Below are positions 62,250-64,000 of a stretch of DNA of 64,000 nt, one piece after another (position 1 is the first letter of the stretch; each line of letters starts with the position of its first letter). The notes beneath the pieces were generated by a model. It was not told the DNA's origin, did no database searches, and worked only from the letters and a program-made list of their open reading frames with translations. Made by a program: the position numbers and the translations under genes. The stretch comes from an uncultured Planctomycetota bacterium. GTDB taxonomy: Bacteria > Planctomycetota > Planctomycetia > Isosphaerales > Isosphaeraceae. The stretch covers positions 4,288,001 through 4,352,000 of the forward strand of contig CAVTTN010000002.1 of assembly GCA_963737655.1 (NCBI GenBank), read 5' to 3'.

Positions 62250-62724
62250 GAGCGATCTCCTCAGGAAGGAAGGCCGCCCGATCGTGTCGGACGAGGGCGG
62301 CGGTCGGGGGGCGAGGGAAGGCGAGGCTGGGGCCTCGGCGGGGTATTCTCTTCGTCGATCCGAGCGAGAAGGCAAGGCGGGCGAGGGCGGGCGGTGTCAC
62401 TCATGACGGTCGAGGGAGGCGGGCGGACGTCGGCCGACGGTCGGATTCTAACCCGTCGGCAGTCCTCACGCAACCGGCCGTGCAGTGATGGATACTTTCG
62501 GCCCACTTTGGCGACTTGTTTAACAATCTTCGGACGACTCGATAGCCTTCTACGCATGGGCAGTCCGAGACGTTGGCGCATTCCGGCCGGCCGGCCATTT
62601 TTTCGCCGCGACCGCGCCTGGTTTCGGCCCGCCGCGCCGATTAGGATGGTCCCCGGCCGGGTCGGGACGTCCTCTGGAAGGGGCGGCCGAGGCCCGCCGG
62701 GCGTCATTTCCGAAGGGGATCGCG

Positions 62725-64000
62725 ATGAAAACGGGTCTGGCCGGCCTCCTGGCCCTGGCGGCGATCGGCGGGACGTCCCTCGCGGCCGACGATCCCAGCC
62801 GGATCGATGTTCACTCCTTCAGCACCCCGGGCCAGGTCCGGGTGACCCATATTCAGCTCGACCTGACGGTCGACTTCGCGAAGAAGGAACTCTCGGGCAC
62901 GGCCATCCTCAACTTTACCCGCCCTCCCGGAGCTCCGAAGGACGCCCCGCTGATCCTGGACACCCGCGGGCTGACGATCGAGAGCGTCGACAACGGTTTC
63001 GGCGATCCCCATCTCCAGCGCCTCCTGAAATACACCCTCGGCAAGCCCGACCCGATCCTCGGATCTCCCCTGACGATCACCGTCGATGATGACTCCGGCC
63101 AGGTCCGTATCGCCTACAAGACCTCGCCGAAGGCCAGCGCCCTCCAGTGGCTCGACGCCCCCCGGACCGCCGGCAAGAAGCACCCGTTCCTGTTCAGCCA
63201 GTCCGAGGCGATCCACGCCCGATCGTGGATTCCTTGCCAGGACTCGCCCGCGGTTCGCGTCACGTACGACGCCACGATCCGGGTGCCCGAGGGCCTGGCC
63301 GCCGTGATGGCCGCCGACCGCGAAGGCCAGCAGGGCTCCGCCACCAGGTTCGCCATGAAGGAGCCGATCCCTTCGTACCTGATCGCCCTGGCCGTCGGCG
63401 ACCTCGTCTTCAAGCCCCTGGGCAAGCGCACCGGCGTGTGGGCCGAGCCCTCGGTCGTCACCGCCGCCGCCTCCGAGTTCGCCGACACCGAGAAGATGGT
63501 CGAGGCCGCCGAAACGATCGCCGGGCCGTACCGATGGGGCCGCTATGACATCCTCGTCCTCCCCCCGAGCTTCCCGTTCGGCGGGATGGAGAACCCCAAG
63601 CTCACGTTCGCCACGCCCACGGTGCTCGCCGGGGACAAATCGCTCGTGAGCCTGATCGCCCACGAACTCGCCCATTCCTGGTCCGGCAACCTCGTGACCA
63701 ACGCCACCTGGCGCGATTTCTGGCTGAACGAGGGCTTCACGACCTACCTGGAACGGAGGATCGTCGAGGCGCTCTACGGGAAGGACCGCGCGGCGATGGA
63801 GGGCGTCCTCGGCAAGCAGGAACTCCGCGCCGAGATCGACAAGTTCCCGGCGAAGGACGAGATCCTCCACATCGACCTCAAGGGCCGCGACCCGGACGAG
63901 GGCATGACCCGCGTCCCCTACGAGAAAGGTGCCCTGTTCCTTCAAACCGTCGAGAATCTCGTCGGCCGGGAGCGGTTCGACGCCTTCCTCCGAGGCTACT
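62725..64000 (+). CDS. M1-family aminopeptidase (leukotriene A4 hydrolase-like), runs off the window end
   Basis: Signal peptide MKTGLAGLLALAA; GGMENP; HELAHSW at 63661; WLNEGFT; YEKG. Not in the ORF track because there is no stop inside the window. Confidence 0.93.
   Translation, partial: MKTGLAGLLALAAIGGTSLAADDPSRIDVHSFSTPGQVRVTHIQLDLTVDFAKKELSGTAILNFTRPPGAPKDAPLILDTRGLTIESVDNGFGDPHLQRLLKYTLGKPDPILGSPLTITVDDDSGQVRIAYKTSPKASALQWLDAPRTAGKKHPFLFSQSEAIHARSWIPCQDSPAVRVTYDATIRVPEGLAAVMAADREGQQGSATRFAMKEPIPSYLIALAVGDLVFKPLGKRTGVWAEPSVVTAAASEFADTEKMVEAAETIAGPYRWGRYDILVLPPSFPFGGMENPKLTFATPTVLAGDKSLVSLIAHELAHSWSGNLVTNATWRDFWLNEGFTTYLERRIVEALYGKDRAAMEGVLGKQELRAEIDKFPAKDEILHIDLKGRDPDEGMTRVPYEKGALFLQTVENLVGRERFDAFLRGY

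Overview
A very GC-rich bacterial window, most likely from a planctomycete of the Isosphaeraceae type (inferred from DUF1501, DUF1549/DUF1553, planctomycete cytochrome c-WD40, CRTAC1 and 'PWLPVxPDPP' genes). It has two parts. Positions 1 to ~21,010 form a decaying accessory island. It holds a CHC2-Toprim primase, a truncated RelE/HigB toxin, a MEDS kinase/NarL regulator/HD-GYP signalling cluster, a Tn3-type miniature element, three attC sites with one intact integron cassette and no integrase, an IS701 element, a broken PEP-CTERM gene and three tandem small paralogues. It ends in a nested stack of mini-ISKra4, a MITE, IS66 and an IS110 remnant. Positions ~21,100 to 64,000 are mostly core genes: two glycosyltransferases, a PhnD-type sensor kinase, glcD/E/F, recQ, gluQ, prfB with its programmed frameshift, nucleoside salvage genes (nupC, punA, pdp, upp), glyA, the DUF1501/PPC/DUF1549/WD40 cluster and an M1 aminopeptidase. 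The most unusual pattern is that GTAG-type REP hairpins sit as cargo inside three MITEs with different ends, two of them with clear target-site duplications. About eleven single-base frameshifts, many in core genes, are probably assembly errors. No rRNA, tRNA or CRISPR array was seen. All family calls come from motif recognition by eye, not database searches.
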